Positions 48,953-57,422 of a DNA stretch of 64,000 nt are shown one piece after another (position 1 is the first letter of the stretch; the number at the start of each line of letters is the position of its first letter). Location: assembly GCA_965658655.1 (NCBI GenBank), contig CBFHTA010000002.1, positions 96,001 through 160,000 on the forward strand, in the 5' to 3' direction. The notes beneath the pieces were generated by a model. The model did no database searches, was not told the DNA's origin, and saw only the letters and a program-made list of their open reading frames with translations. A program made the translations under genes and the position numbers. This DNA comes from Candidatus Babelota bacterium (GTDB taxonomy: Bacteria; Babelota; Babeliae; Babelales; CAIQNR01).

Positions 48953-49381
48953 TTATAAATCAATCAAAGACAACCGCTCTTCGTGCCTACCACCTAAAAA
49001 AGAAGCTCCTCTCCATGCATCAACACAAGCAACCGCTTCTTGTTCAGAAACAAAGTCGGCCGGTAGAATTAAAATATTGGCATTGTCATGCTCCTTACTT
49101 AAAGAAGCAACCTCAACATTCCACACCAGCGCAGCGTAGACGTTCTTTAATCGATTGGCTGCAATCGACATCCCAATACCCGACCCACAAATCAAAATGC
49201 CAGCATCAACAGTACTGGATTGCACTTGCTGAGCAACTGTTTGAGCAAAAAGTGGATAGTCACAACGCTCGTCACTGTGACACCCTTTATCAACCCATAG
49301 TACTGAACCATCGTTCAACGATTGCATGAGTGCATTCTTGAGCGCAAACCCTCTATGATCTGAGCCAATGGCAATCTTCAT
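48953..49381 (-). CDS. rpiB: Ribose-5-phosphate isomerase B
   Basis: IGSDHRG, DYP, GILICGSGIGMSIAANR, EHDNANIL, GGRH. Confidence 0.96.
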   Translation of the reverse strand: MKIAIGSDHRGFALKNALMQSLNDGSVLWVDKGCHSDERCDYPLFAQTVAQQVQSSTVDAGILICGSGIGMSIAANRLKNVYAALVWNVEVASLSKEHDNANILILPADFVSEQEAVACVDAWRGASFLGGRHEERLSLIDL

Positions 49382-50088
49382 GATTTTTTCTTTTTACCTG
49401 GAGATTCTTTTTTTGACTTACTTCTTTTTGGAGGTTTAGGAGCAGCTTTCTTTTTAACAGCATTACCCATACCATCGATGTGCCATTCCGCAAAAGAGTA
49501 ATGAGCAGGAGTACTAAAGTATAACTTCATATGGTGAGGATTGCCCTCTTTAAGAATATCTTTACCATCTGCATCAGTACGCTCGAATCGAACTTCATAA
49601 GGTATTTTATGTTTATTAAACATAATACCAAATATTGCTTTATATTCTGAATTAAGCTCAACAGCCTTTACCTCGAATGGCATATACTTTTTACCATCAA
49701 CAACAAGATGCAATGCCCATGGCACTGGTTTAATAGATAATGGATTTTGATGAGTACTCAAGACATAGAAAGAAATATAGTGATTATTTTCTTTCAACTG
49801 TCTTCGTAAGAACGCATGTTTACCTTTGGTGCCTTTACCTTGCATATCTGCATTTATATCTGCATAAATAGTACGTATATCATCAGAAAGCCATAAAGCA
49901 TCAAACAAACCAACCGTATTAAATTGATCATAGATATTAATAATCTTTAGATAACATTTTGCTTTTTTGCGATAGGTTTTAGATTGCTTCCCTTGTGGAA
50001 AATTTTCTTTCATTAAATCGCTCATGGTTCCACATCCGGGAAGTAAAGCAAGGATCATCACCATGCATAGATTGATTCTTTGGTTCAT
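49378..50088 (-). CDS. Putative lipoprotein
   Basis: Leader ending LLPGC (lipobox-like); Lys-rich tail. Confidence 0.7.
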   Translation of the reverse strand: MNQRINLCMVMILALLPGCGTMSDLMKENFPQGKQSKTYRKKAKCYLKIINIYDQFNTVGLFDALWLSDDIRTIYADINADMQGKGTKGKHAFLRRQLKENNHYISFYVLSTHQNPLSIKPVPWALHLVVDGKKYMPFEVKAVELNSEYKAIFGIMFNKHKIPYEVRFERTDADGKDILKEGNPHHMKLYFSTPAHYSFAEWHIDGMGNAVKKKAAPKPPKRSKSKKESPGKKKKS

Positions 50089-50174
50089 TCCTAAGCCTCT
50101 TTATTGTACACTCAAGGTTTAATTATATTCAGTTAGCCTAAAAAAAAGAGAGCGACTTTACAAGGTGCCAATAC

Positions 50175-51392
50175 ATGAATTTATCAATAGCAGCATTTTT
50201 AGCATGGCGTTACGCCAAGCAAGCAACGCGTCAATCAACCCTGCAGACTATGCTTTGGATATGCTTTGGAAGCATTTTTGTAGGAACTTTTTCACTTGCT
50301 CTGATTATTTCTATTATGACTGGATTCGAATCTGCTACCCAAGAAAAAATTCAAGGCATCTACCCCGACATTACCATCGAAGCACCCGCCGGTGCTTTTT
50401 TAGATGCACCACCTCTCATAAACTATCTTAAGGAAAACTACCCAAACATTTCTAAACATTGTACCTACAGCACACAACAAGTACTTGTCCAAACACCTCA
50501 TGCAGAAGAACCAACTATGGTTTGTGTCCTCAAAGGTATTACCTCAAAAGAAGCAGATGTTACCAACTTACATACCAAGTACAAACTTGCTCAAAATGCC
50601 CTACTCAAAGGCCCAAATGTATTAATTGGAAAAACAATAGCAGAAACTTTAGAGCGAGAAGTTGGCGACAAACTTACACTCATGTACAGTGCCGACCCCC
50701 ACACACGTTTAGACAAAATTCGTTTCTCTTCTTTGCCCGTTACCATTATAGGCCTCATAGACACTGGAATTGCCGAATACGACAATACATTGCTACTGGC
50801 GAATCAAAACTTTATTACTGAACTCTTTGATGAAGAGTGTATTCAACAAATTGGTATTAAAGTAACCGATTCCACCAAGGCACAAGCACTTACTCAACAA
50901 CTTAAAAAACTTCCTGATATTAATGCCTATCGCTGGCAAGAGCTGTATCCATCATTAGTATCTGCATTAAAATTAGAAAAGTTTGCCATGTTCTTTATTT
51001 TGGGATTAATCGTGCTCGTTGCAAGCATGAATAACATTTCACTACTTTTTATGTTTATTACCGCCAAACGCAAAGAGATTGCCCTTTTAAAAATGCTCGG
51101 CGCAAACACACAAACCGTTATGTTTATATTCTTATTCTTTAATCTATTAATAACTACATTAGCTGCAACGTGTGGCCTTATAGCGGCTTACGGCACCGGA
51201 AGATTGCTACAACTATACCCGTTCATAGAACTGCCCGATGTGTATTATGTTTCCCATCTGCCGGTAAAACTTGATCCTATTATGTTTTTAATCATTTTCG
51301 GATTAGTCCTTGTATTGGGGATTTTATCTGCTTTACTACCACTCTTCTCAATCAAGAAAATTAATATTACTCAGACTCTTCGCTTTGAATAG
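50175..51392 (+). CDS. LolC/LolE (FtsX-like) ABC permease for lipoprotein release
   Basis: AWRY, SIMTGFE, ALKLEK, KRKEIALLKMLGA, LPDVYYVSHLPV, ends LRFE. Confidence 0.92.
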   Translation: MNLSIAAFLAWRYAKQATRQSTLQTMLWICFGSIFVGTFSLALIISIMTGFESATQEKIQGIYPDITIEAPAGAFLDAPPLINYLKENYPNISKHCTYSTQQVLVQTPHAEEPTMVCVLKGITSKEADVTNLHTKYKLAQNALLKGPNVLIGKTIAETLEREVGDKLTLMYSADPHTRLDKIRFSSLPVTIIGLIDTGIAEYDNTLLLANQNFITELFDEECIQQIGIKVTDSTKAQALTQQLKKLPDINAYRWQELYPSLVSALKLEKFAMFFILGLIVLVASMNNISLLFMFITAKRKEIALLKMLGANTQTVMFIFLFFNLLITTLAATCGLIAAYGTGRLLQLYPFIELPDVYYVSHLPVKLDPIMFLIIFGLVLVLGILSALLPLFSIKKINITQTLRFE

Positions 51393-51462
51393 CACCTCTC
51401 GTCATGCTAAACTCTAAAAAGGTACTGTAATAAAAAAGGGGAAAGTAAAAGGGGAGCATGCT

Positions 51463-52629
51463 ATGAAATCAAATCTTAAAGATGCAAATTTAAAACATAA
51501 GCGAGTATTACTAAGAGCAGATCTAAATGTGCCAAGAAGAACAGACGGAACTATTGAAAACGACCTAAGAATAGAAGCATTAGTGCCTACCATAGATCTT
51601 ATAAAAGAAAAAGGAGGCAAAATAGTCTTGCTCACTCACTGCGGTAGACCCAAAAAACAGGAAAAACGTCTTTCTACAAAAGTGTTAGGTACCTGGCTCA
51701 GAGAACGTGGCTACAAAACCGCCTTTGCTGATTCAACCAGAAAAGCCGAAGAACTGAGCAAAAAGAACAATGATGATATTGTTATTTTAGAGAATTTAAG
51801 GTTTTTCAAAGAAGAAGAACTAAATAACGAAGATTTTGCAAAAAGACTTTCTCGACTAGGAGATTACTACGTTAACGATGCTTTTGCAGTTCTTCACCGA
51901 AACCACACCTCTGTTACCAAACTCGCAGAGCTCTTTAAGCCAAAAGACAGAACTATTGGTTTACTAGTAGAAAAAGAATTAGAAGAACTCACAAAAGTCC
52001 TTGAACACACCAAGTCTCCCTTTGTAGTGCTACAAGGCGGAACAAAAGGAGACACAAAACTAAAACTACTAGAAGCACAATTAGAAAAAGTAGACACAAT
52101 CTTAATCTCTACTCCACTCTGTTTTTCTTTTTTAAAGGCTCAAAATAAGAACGTAGGCTCTTCTTTTGTTGAAGACGAGTTGATACCCGAAATTAAAAAC
52201 TTCATGCGAGCAGCGAAGAAAAACAATGTTGAGGTTGTGTTACCTATTGATTACCAAGTAAGTTCTAAAAGTTTTAAAGATCCATTGCAACTACGTGAAA
52301 CAAAAACGCTTTCAAAGGGAGACATAGGGATTTCTATTGGTCCTAAAACAGCTGAGCTTTTTTCTGAATATTTAATAAGAGCAAAGACAGTTCTTGCTAA
52401 TGGCTTACCTGGCAACAGCCTTTATCCAGAAACACTTGAGGGAACACGTATTATTTTACATACACTCAGAAAAACCAATGGATTGCATGTAATTGCAGGC
52501 GGAGATTCTATTGCCCTAGTAGAGCATTTAGGATTTAACGACGTTGGATATCTTTCTACTGGTGGTGGCGCGACTCTTGCTTACCTGAGCGGCCAATCGC
52601 TTACCGGACTTACGATTTTTAGTGACTAG
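51463..52629 (+). CDS. pgk: Phosphoglycerate kinase (divergent)
   Basis: RADLNVP, HCGRPK, LENLRF, VNDAF..HR, GGDS, STGGGA. Confidence 0.93.
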   Translation: MKSNLKDANLKHKRVLLRADLNVPRRTDGTIENDLRIEALVPTIDLIKEKGGKIVLLTHCGRPKKQEKRLSTKVLGTWLRERGYKTAFADSTRKAEELSKKNNDDIVILENLRFFKEEELNNEDFAKRLSRLGDYYVNDAFAVLHRNHTSVTKLAELFKPKDRTIGLLVEKELEELTKVLEHTKSPFVVLQGGTKGDTKLKLLEAQLEKVDTILISTPLCFSFLKAQNKNVGSSFVEDELIPEIKNFMRAAKKNNVEVVLPIDYQVSSKSFKDPLQLRETKTLSKGDIGISIGPKTAELFSEYLIRAKTVLANGLPGNSLYPETLEGTRIILHTLRKTNGLHVIAGGDSIALVEHLGFNDVGYLSTGGGATLAYLSGQSLTGLTIFSD

Positions 52630-52752
52630 TGGAACTTGCTTTTGCTCTACACTTACAAATTTCTTATGCGTGTACCCTTGCCTAATTTTGTAGTACATAA
52701 CTCGATCAAATATAAAAAAAATACTCATCAAAAGCGCTAACTTTTTTATCAT
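52528..52752 (-). CDS. Possible small membrane protein overlapping the pgk 3' end
   Basis: GGGAGG RBS and hydrophobic N-terminus MIKKLALLMSIFFIF; the ~100-nt antisense overlap with pgk argues against it. Confidence 0.3.
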   Translation of the reverse strand: MIKKLALLMSIFFIFDRVMYYKIRQGYTHKKFVSVEQKQVPLVTKNRKSGKRLAAQVSKSRATTSRKISNVVKS

Positions 52753-52889
52753 TGTTCCGACCTCCCTTTTTCGGAAAAACCCATCAGAACAATAATACAC
52801 AAGTTAAAATTCAAATTGCAATAGTAGGCGAAAAGTTTTTTTGTTGTATCGTAAGGTAACCGAGTGCTCTTCTTTTAATACATGAAATA

Positions 52890-53408
52890 TTAATATACGG
52901 GGCAGAATCCAAGTAAATGCAAGCCAGACTGCATCTCTTCTTTAACCGTGTCATGCTCGCCTTCTGATTCAAAAAGCAAAAGACCGTGGTTATTATATTT
53001 AACCGGCCAAGAAAGATAGTGGGAATTATTGAATGCAAGCTCTTGAGAAAGTGCTTCTACTACCTCTTTTTCTGTGTGATTATTTTTTTTAATGCTCTCA
53101 CGCATAACCTCTCTGACCTGATTATTAAAAGGCGCACGCTTCATGTGCTCACTAAATGTTTCTGGATCGTGCCAATGATTCTGCTCATAAGATTCCGGAT
53201 GATGAAAACCAGCAATACCTTTTAAATGGTTAAAGTCTGGATTATCTATAAAGTAAGCTGCTTTTGAAAAATTAAAACAACTTTTCTGACTCATAGAATG
53301 GAGTAAGAACTCGAGCATGTTTTCTTGTCCGTGAAACTTAATAAGTTGCTCAGGGAGGCTTGTAACACAGAGCAGAACCTCTTGCACTCTTTTTTGGTCT
53401 TTCTTCAT
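52890..53408 (-). CDS. Hypothetical protein, possibly stand-alone GAF-like
   Basis: GAGGAGGGGGG RBS before MKKDQ; FSKAAYFIDN...LKGIAG and HGLLLFE resemble GAF strands. Confidence 0.6.
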   Translation of the reverse strand: MKKDQKRVQEVLLCVTSLPEQLIKFHGQENMLEFLLHSMSQKSCFNFSKAAYFIDNPDFNHLKGIAGFHHPESYEQNHWHDPETFSEHMKRAPFNNQVREVMRESIKKNNHTEKEVVEALSQELAFNNSHYLSWPVKYNNHGLLLFESEGEHDTVKEEMQSGLHLLGFCPVY

Positions 53409-53582
53409 CCCCCCTCCTCTTTTCTTAAAATTTGTTTTTATCCAATAGATAAGAGAATAGGATATCTTTCTTAAAAAAATCAATACTTAAGTAAAGTAAA
53501 GTATTTACTTTATGTTTTTGGATTTATAGGATTATAAATTGTTCTACTACATAAGTTTTAAGCCAGGCGTAAGGAGAATTTC

Positions 53583-54644
53583 TTGAAAAAGCTAAAGCGT
53601 TACTTCTACTTTTTTTTGTTGACCTTAGTTGTATTCTCACTCAAGAGCAGAAGCCCGCTGCGCCGACGCGATCGTTATGTTCCAACTATTTCAACCGAAT
53701 GGGAAAAGCGTCTTTCTGGCGAAAAAATCTACACTTTAACCGACCCCTTCTTGGAATTGTACCCCCTTTTTAAAACATTTGACTTAGAACACTTTAAAAA
53801 AAATAGCTTGCCCGACGGTCCCATTACCTATAAAAACGAACAAAACAAGACCGTAGACGGAAAAGAATTAAAAAAAGAAATGGCACATCTATTTGAAGAA
53901 GTTCGTGCTCAAAAAAAGAAATTTACTCATTTTGAAATATTAAAAAAAAGAGATTTTACCTGGCGCAAGCAGGCAGGTCTCTTAGTTCTTAAATCAAAAA
54001 AGTATCCGTTTGTAGTAAAACTGTTTATGGAAACCCCAAGAAGTTTTGTTCGCCCTTACAATAAAGGATTCGAACCTCATTGTATTTTTGTAATTAGTGG
54101 AGGCTCAACTCGACACTTGCTTGGATTTACCCGCATAAAAAATGCACACGCTATCAAACAGCGAATCAGTGAAAATCCTTATTGGTCTAAGCGTGTTATC
54201 GTTCCAAGAAAATGGTTTTGGTATCCTGAAAAATATCGTTGGATTCATTTAGATGGTTACCGTATTGGCAACCATGATCATATTTCGATTAAAATGCCTG
54301 CGGTATACGCTATTGTTGCTGACTATATAGACGGAGAAAGAGAATTTTCGCTTCTTTCAGGAGAAGATAGAAAAACCGCTGTAGACATTAGTAACTACTT
54401 ATTATGTAGCCTCGATCCACATATTAATAATTTTTTAGTAGAGAAGAACACGGGGAAAATTGCAATTATTGATACTGAACATTTCCCTACAATGGCAGGC
54501 TTCAAAGAGCACCCTCGCATGACCAGCTACACTTCTTGGTATTTACACCTCTTCACAAAGTATATTCGTAATCGCTTTGGAAGAACAAAAAAGGAGAGGC
54601 GAGACATGCAGAGATATCCACAAACTCCGTTCTCATTACCTTAA
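53583..54644 (+). CDS. Exported protein with protein-kinase-like fold motifs
   Basis: AAGGAG RBS with TTG start, hydrophobic leader; FVVKLF, DPHINNFLV, IAIIDTE in kinase order. Confidence 0.65.
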   Translation: MKKLKRYFYFFLLTLVVFSLKSRSPLRRRDRYVPTISTEWEKRLSGEKIYTLTDPFLELYPLFKTFDLEHFKKNSLPDGPITYKNEQNKTVDGKELKKEMAHLFEEVRAQKKKFTHFEILKKRDFTWRKQAGLLVLKSKKYPFVVKLFMETPRSFVRPYNKGFEPHCIFVISGGSTRHLLGFTRIKNAHAIKQRISENPYWSKRVIVPRKWFWYPEKYRWIHLDGYRIGNHDHISIKMPAVYAIVADYIDGEREFSLLSGEDRKTAVDISNYLLCSLDPHINNFLVEKNTGKIAIIDTEHFPTMAGFKEHPRMTSYTSWYLHLFTKYIRNRFGRTKKERRDMQRYPQTPFSLP

Positions 54645-54689
54645 TTAAAATTAAGGTAAGTCAGTAAAATTACTCAATAGATCGTGCTC

Positions 54690-55874
54690 CTAATAATACC
54701 TTGGAGCCGTTTGTTCGAAGTTCCGCTGACGAATTATTTCTCTTTGCCCTTCTTTTTTGGTTTCAATTTCCTTTAATGTTTCATTTATACTATCAATACG
54801 TTCACTAAGAAACCTTTTCATACTCTTTCCATCTCTTCGATCTCTGATTGATTCTCTTCCACTAATTGATTCAGTTTGCAATTGCCCCCATTGTCTTTCT
54901 AACCGAGATCTTAAAGCCTGAAGTTCTTCAGGACTCTTGCTGCTTTCTGCCTTTGTCATTTCTCCATTTGTTTGTCTCATAAATTCATCTATTGCATTAT
55001 CACGGCTTGCTTTAAGTTCATTTTTATAGGTTTGATCATCATCAATTTGACCATCCTGCCAGCTTTTGTTTCTTTCTACCATACGATCAAACAAACGATC
55101 TTGGTCTGTTTTTAAGCTTGGTCTTTGAAGTTTTTCTAATTTTGTACCTATCTCATCAATACGTTGCTTAACGAAGTCCTCCATACTTTCTTCACCGTTT
55201 TCATCTGTTCCACCTGTGATTGGTTCTTTTTCCAAACTCTCCAGCTGTCTTTCTAACCGAGACCTTAAAGCCTGAAGTTCTTCAGGACTCTTTCTGATTT
55301 CTGCCATTGTCATTTCTCCATTTGTTTGTGTCATAAATTCATCTATGGCATTATCACGGCTTGCTTTAAGCTCATTTTTATAGGTTTGATCATCATCATT
55401 TTGACCATCCTGCCAGCTTTTGTTTCTTTCTACCATACGATCAAACAAACGATCTTGGTCTGTTTTTAACCTTTGGGTTGAAGTGCGCTTGTCAGAATTT
55501 GTAAAATCTAACCCACGAGAATCTGAAACTTCAGCAACCTTTTTAACTATTGAAGCACTATCTGTTCCGTCGGCATTTACGCTTGAAGCATCAACGCTTC
55601 CTTCCATGGAAACAGGACTTTCTGCACCGCTCCCTCTACCAAACCACGATTTAATTCTATCGAAAAAACCGCGTTTTCGGGGTCTTTCTAATGTAGTGGT
55701 ATCCCTATCGTCACCTCTTTCGGTATCATGGTCACCATCTTGACCATCTGAATGATCTTGCTGATTCCCATTGTCACCAGTATTGTGTTCTTCAATCACT
55801 TCGCCATCCATAGCGGACAAAGAAAGGGGGATTGCAACTGCTAAAAGCAATAATGCCAATATATTTTTCTTCAT
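54690..55874 (-). CDS. Secreted family member 3 with internal 118-aa duplication
   Basis: Signal peptide ending LSA-MDG; N-terminus nearly identical to 55885..57381. Confidence 0.85.
   Translation of the reverse strand: MKKNILALLLLAVAIPLSLSAMDGEVIEEHNTGDNGNQQDHSDGQDGDHDTERGDDRDTTTLERPRKRGFFDRIKSWFGRGSGAESPVSMEGSVDASSVNADGTDSASIVKKVAEVSDSRGLDFTNSDKRTSTQRLKTDQDRLFDRMVERNKSWQDGQNDDDQTYKNELKASRDNAIDEFMTQTNGEMTMAEIRKSPEELQALRSRLERQLESLEKEPITGGTDENGEESMEDFVKQRIDEIGTKLEKLQRPSLKTDQDRLFDRMVERNKSWQDGQIDDDQTYKNELKASRDNAIDEFMRQTNGEMTKAESSKSPEELQALRSRLERQWGQLQTESISGRESIRDRRDGKSMKRFLSERIDSINETLKEIETKKEGQREIIRQRNFEQTAPRYY
54892..55469. repeat. Intragenic direct repeat: two near-identical 224-bp copies, 354-bp period
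   Basis: 54892-55115 and 55246-55469 both encode LKTDQDRLFDRMVERNKSWQDGQ...ELQALRSRLERQ. Confidence 0.95.
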
Positions 55875-55884
55875 AACCTCTCCT

Positions 55885-57381
55885 CTATTTAAACCAACCT
55901 CTAGCTCTTCCTCTTTCTGCTACTTTACTCACGGCTTCAGGATTATCACGTCTCCATTGTTCAAGCTGTTCCGAATCCCTACGCGCTTCTCGTTGTTCAT
56001 CCGTAAGCGACCGACTCCTTCTTGATGGATCTGTTGTATTATCTGTTCCCAAATTATATCTTTCCCTCAACGCATTATTTCTCAATTTTTGGTAAGTTTG
56101 CATATGTTGTTGCTCTCGTTGCATTTTTTGTTCTCGAGTTAACCTTTCAGCTTTTCTTCTATAACCCACTTCTCTATCTAATGATTTCACTTTAGTATCA
56201 AGGTAATTATCACCAGTATGCTGAGTATAATCCTTAGTAGCAAAGTCCTCGGCGCCAAATCCATCGTTCCTTATCATCGCTAGGTTAGCGCTCTTTTTTA
56301 GATCTGCTTCTCTATTTCTTTGATATTCAAGATGCTCTAAAAGAGCAGTTTTTTGTTCAGGAGTTTCAGCATCACGTATAAGTGTGTCTACCTGTTTTTT
56401 ATATTCTATTTTTGCATTACCAAGTTGTTTTCGTATATCCACTCTATTGTCGCCTTCAAACTTGTTATACAAGTTTGAAATTTTATTGAATATTTTTCTT
56501 TCCTCTTTAAATTTATCGTCATAGGAATGAACGTCTTTCTCTTGCTGTTCAACATAACGAGCTCGATCAGCATTATCTTCGAACGTTGCTGACTTCTTCA
56601 ACATTCGCTCTGCTTGCCTTCTTGTAAGATGATCCCCACCCTGTTCACCCTTTGCAATACTCTTGAGCTGAGCTTCTCTTGCACCTTGAGACTTTAATCT
56701 ATCAAGTTTAAATTCTTCTGCAGTATGTGGTGTTACCCCATCTGCATTATTTTCTATGTTTTCTGTTCCACCAGTACCTTCACCTCGCATTCCCTTTAAT
56801 ATTTCTCTGGCACGTGCATGTTCTCCAGATCTTGAACCATCTGCTAATATTTCCCTTGCTTCATCACGCAAGTTATCATTTGATTCTTTAAAATCTTCTT
56901 CAAATGTGTTCCTCACATTGTCCATATCTTTTTCATATCCATCGTACTCAATACTAGAATCGTTTTTTGCATTGTGCCATGCGTTTCGAGCTTTTTCTCT
57001 TTTTTCAAGATGAAAATCTAACCCACGCAAAGTTGAAACTTCAGCAACGTTTTCAGCTATTGAAGCACTTTCTCCTGTGTTGGCAACAGCACTTGAAGCA
57101 TCAACCGAACCTTGCATCTCAACAGGTGTTTTTGAACTGCTCCCTCCGCTAAACAATGAACGGATTCTATCAATAAAACCTCTTCTTTGAGGCTTTATTG
57201 AGGTATTGTTATCAACTACATCTCGCTCGTTGTCACCATTTTGACCATCTCGACCATCTAAATTATCTTGCCGATTCCCATTGTCACCAGTATTGTGTTC
57301 TTCAATCACGCCATCCATAGAAGACAGAGAAAGAGGAATTGCAACTGCTAAAAGCAGTAATGCCAATATACTTTTCTTCAT
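55885..57381 (-). CDS. Secreted family member 2, charged helical C-terminal region
   Basis: Signal peptide ending LSS-MDG; shared N-domain up to RGLDF; ends RGRARGWFK. Confidence 0.85.
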   Translation of the reverse strand: MKKSILALLLLAVAIPLSLSSMDGVIEEHNTGDNGNRQDNLDGRDGQNGDNERDVVDNNTSIKPQRRGFIDRIRSLFSGGSSSKTPVEMQGSVDASSAVANTGESASIAENVAEVSTLRGLDFHLEKREKARNAWHNAKNDSSIEYDGYEKDMDNVRNTFEEDFKESNDNLRDEAREILADGSRSGEHARAREILKGMRGEGTGGTENIENNADGVTPHTAEEFKLDRLKSQGAREAQLKSIAKGEQGGDHLTRRQAERMLKKSATFEDNADRARYVEQQEKDVHSYDDKFKEERKIFNKISNLYNKFEGDNRVDIRKQLGNAKIEYKKQVDTLIRDAETPEQKTALLEHLEYQRNREADLKKSANLAMIRNDGFGAEDFATKDYTQHTGDNYLDTKVKSLDREVGYRRKAERLTREQKMQREQQHMQTYQKLRNNALRERYNLGTDNTTDPSRRSRSLTDEQREARRDSEQLEQWRRDNPEAVSKVAERGRARGWFK

Positions 57382-57422
57382 CCTATGCCCTCCATCTTAT
57401 TCGCTTCTTTTGTTCATTACAT

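Noticed and set aside
52890..52904. C-terminal CPVY as a CaaX box
   Set aside because: Poor CaaX residues and no export signal on the protein
53492..53512. Inverted repeat TAAAGTAAA-GTA-TTTACTTTA between divergent genes as an operator
   Set aside because: Very AT-rich single instance; plausible by chance
54892..55469. Direct repeats as CRISPR or IS ends
   Set aside because: Two long in-frame coding copies with no spacers, cas genes or transposase
54690..57381. Q-SNARE motifs in the two paralogs next to the R-SNARE mimic
   Set aside because: Coiled-coil character is present but I could not place a convincing Gln zero layer; needs a profile search
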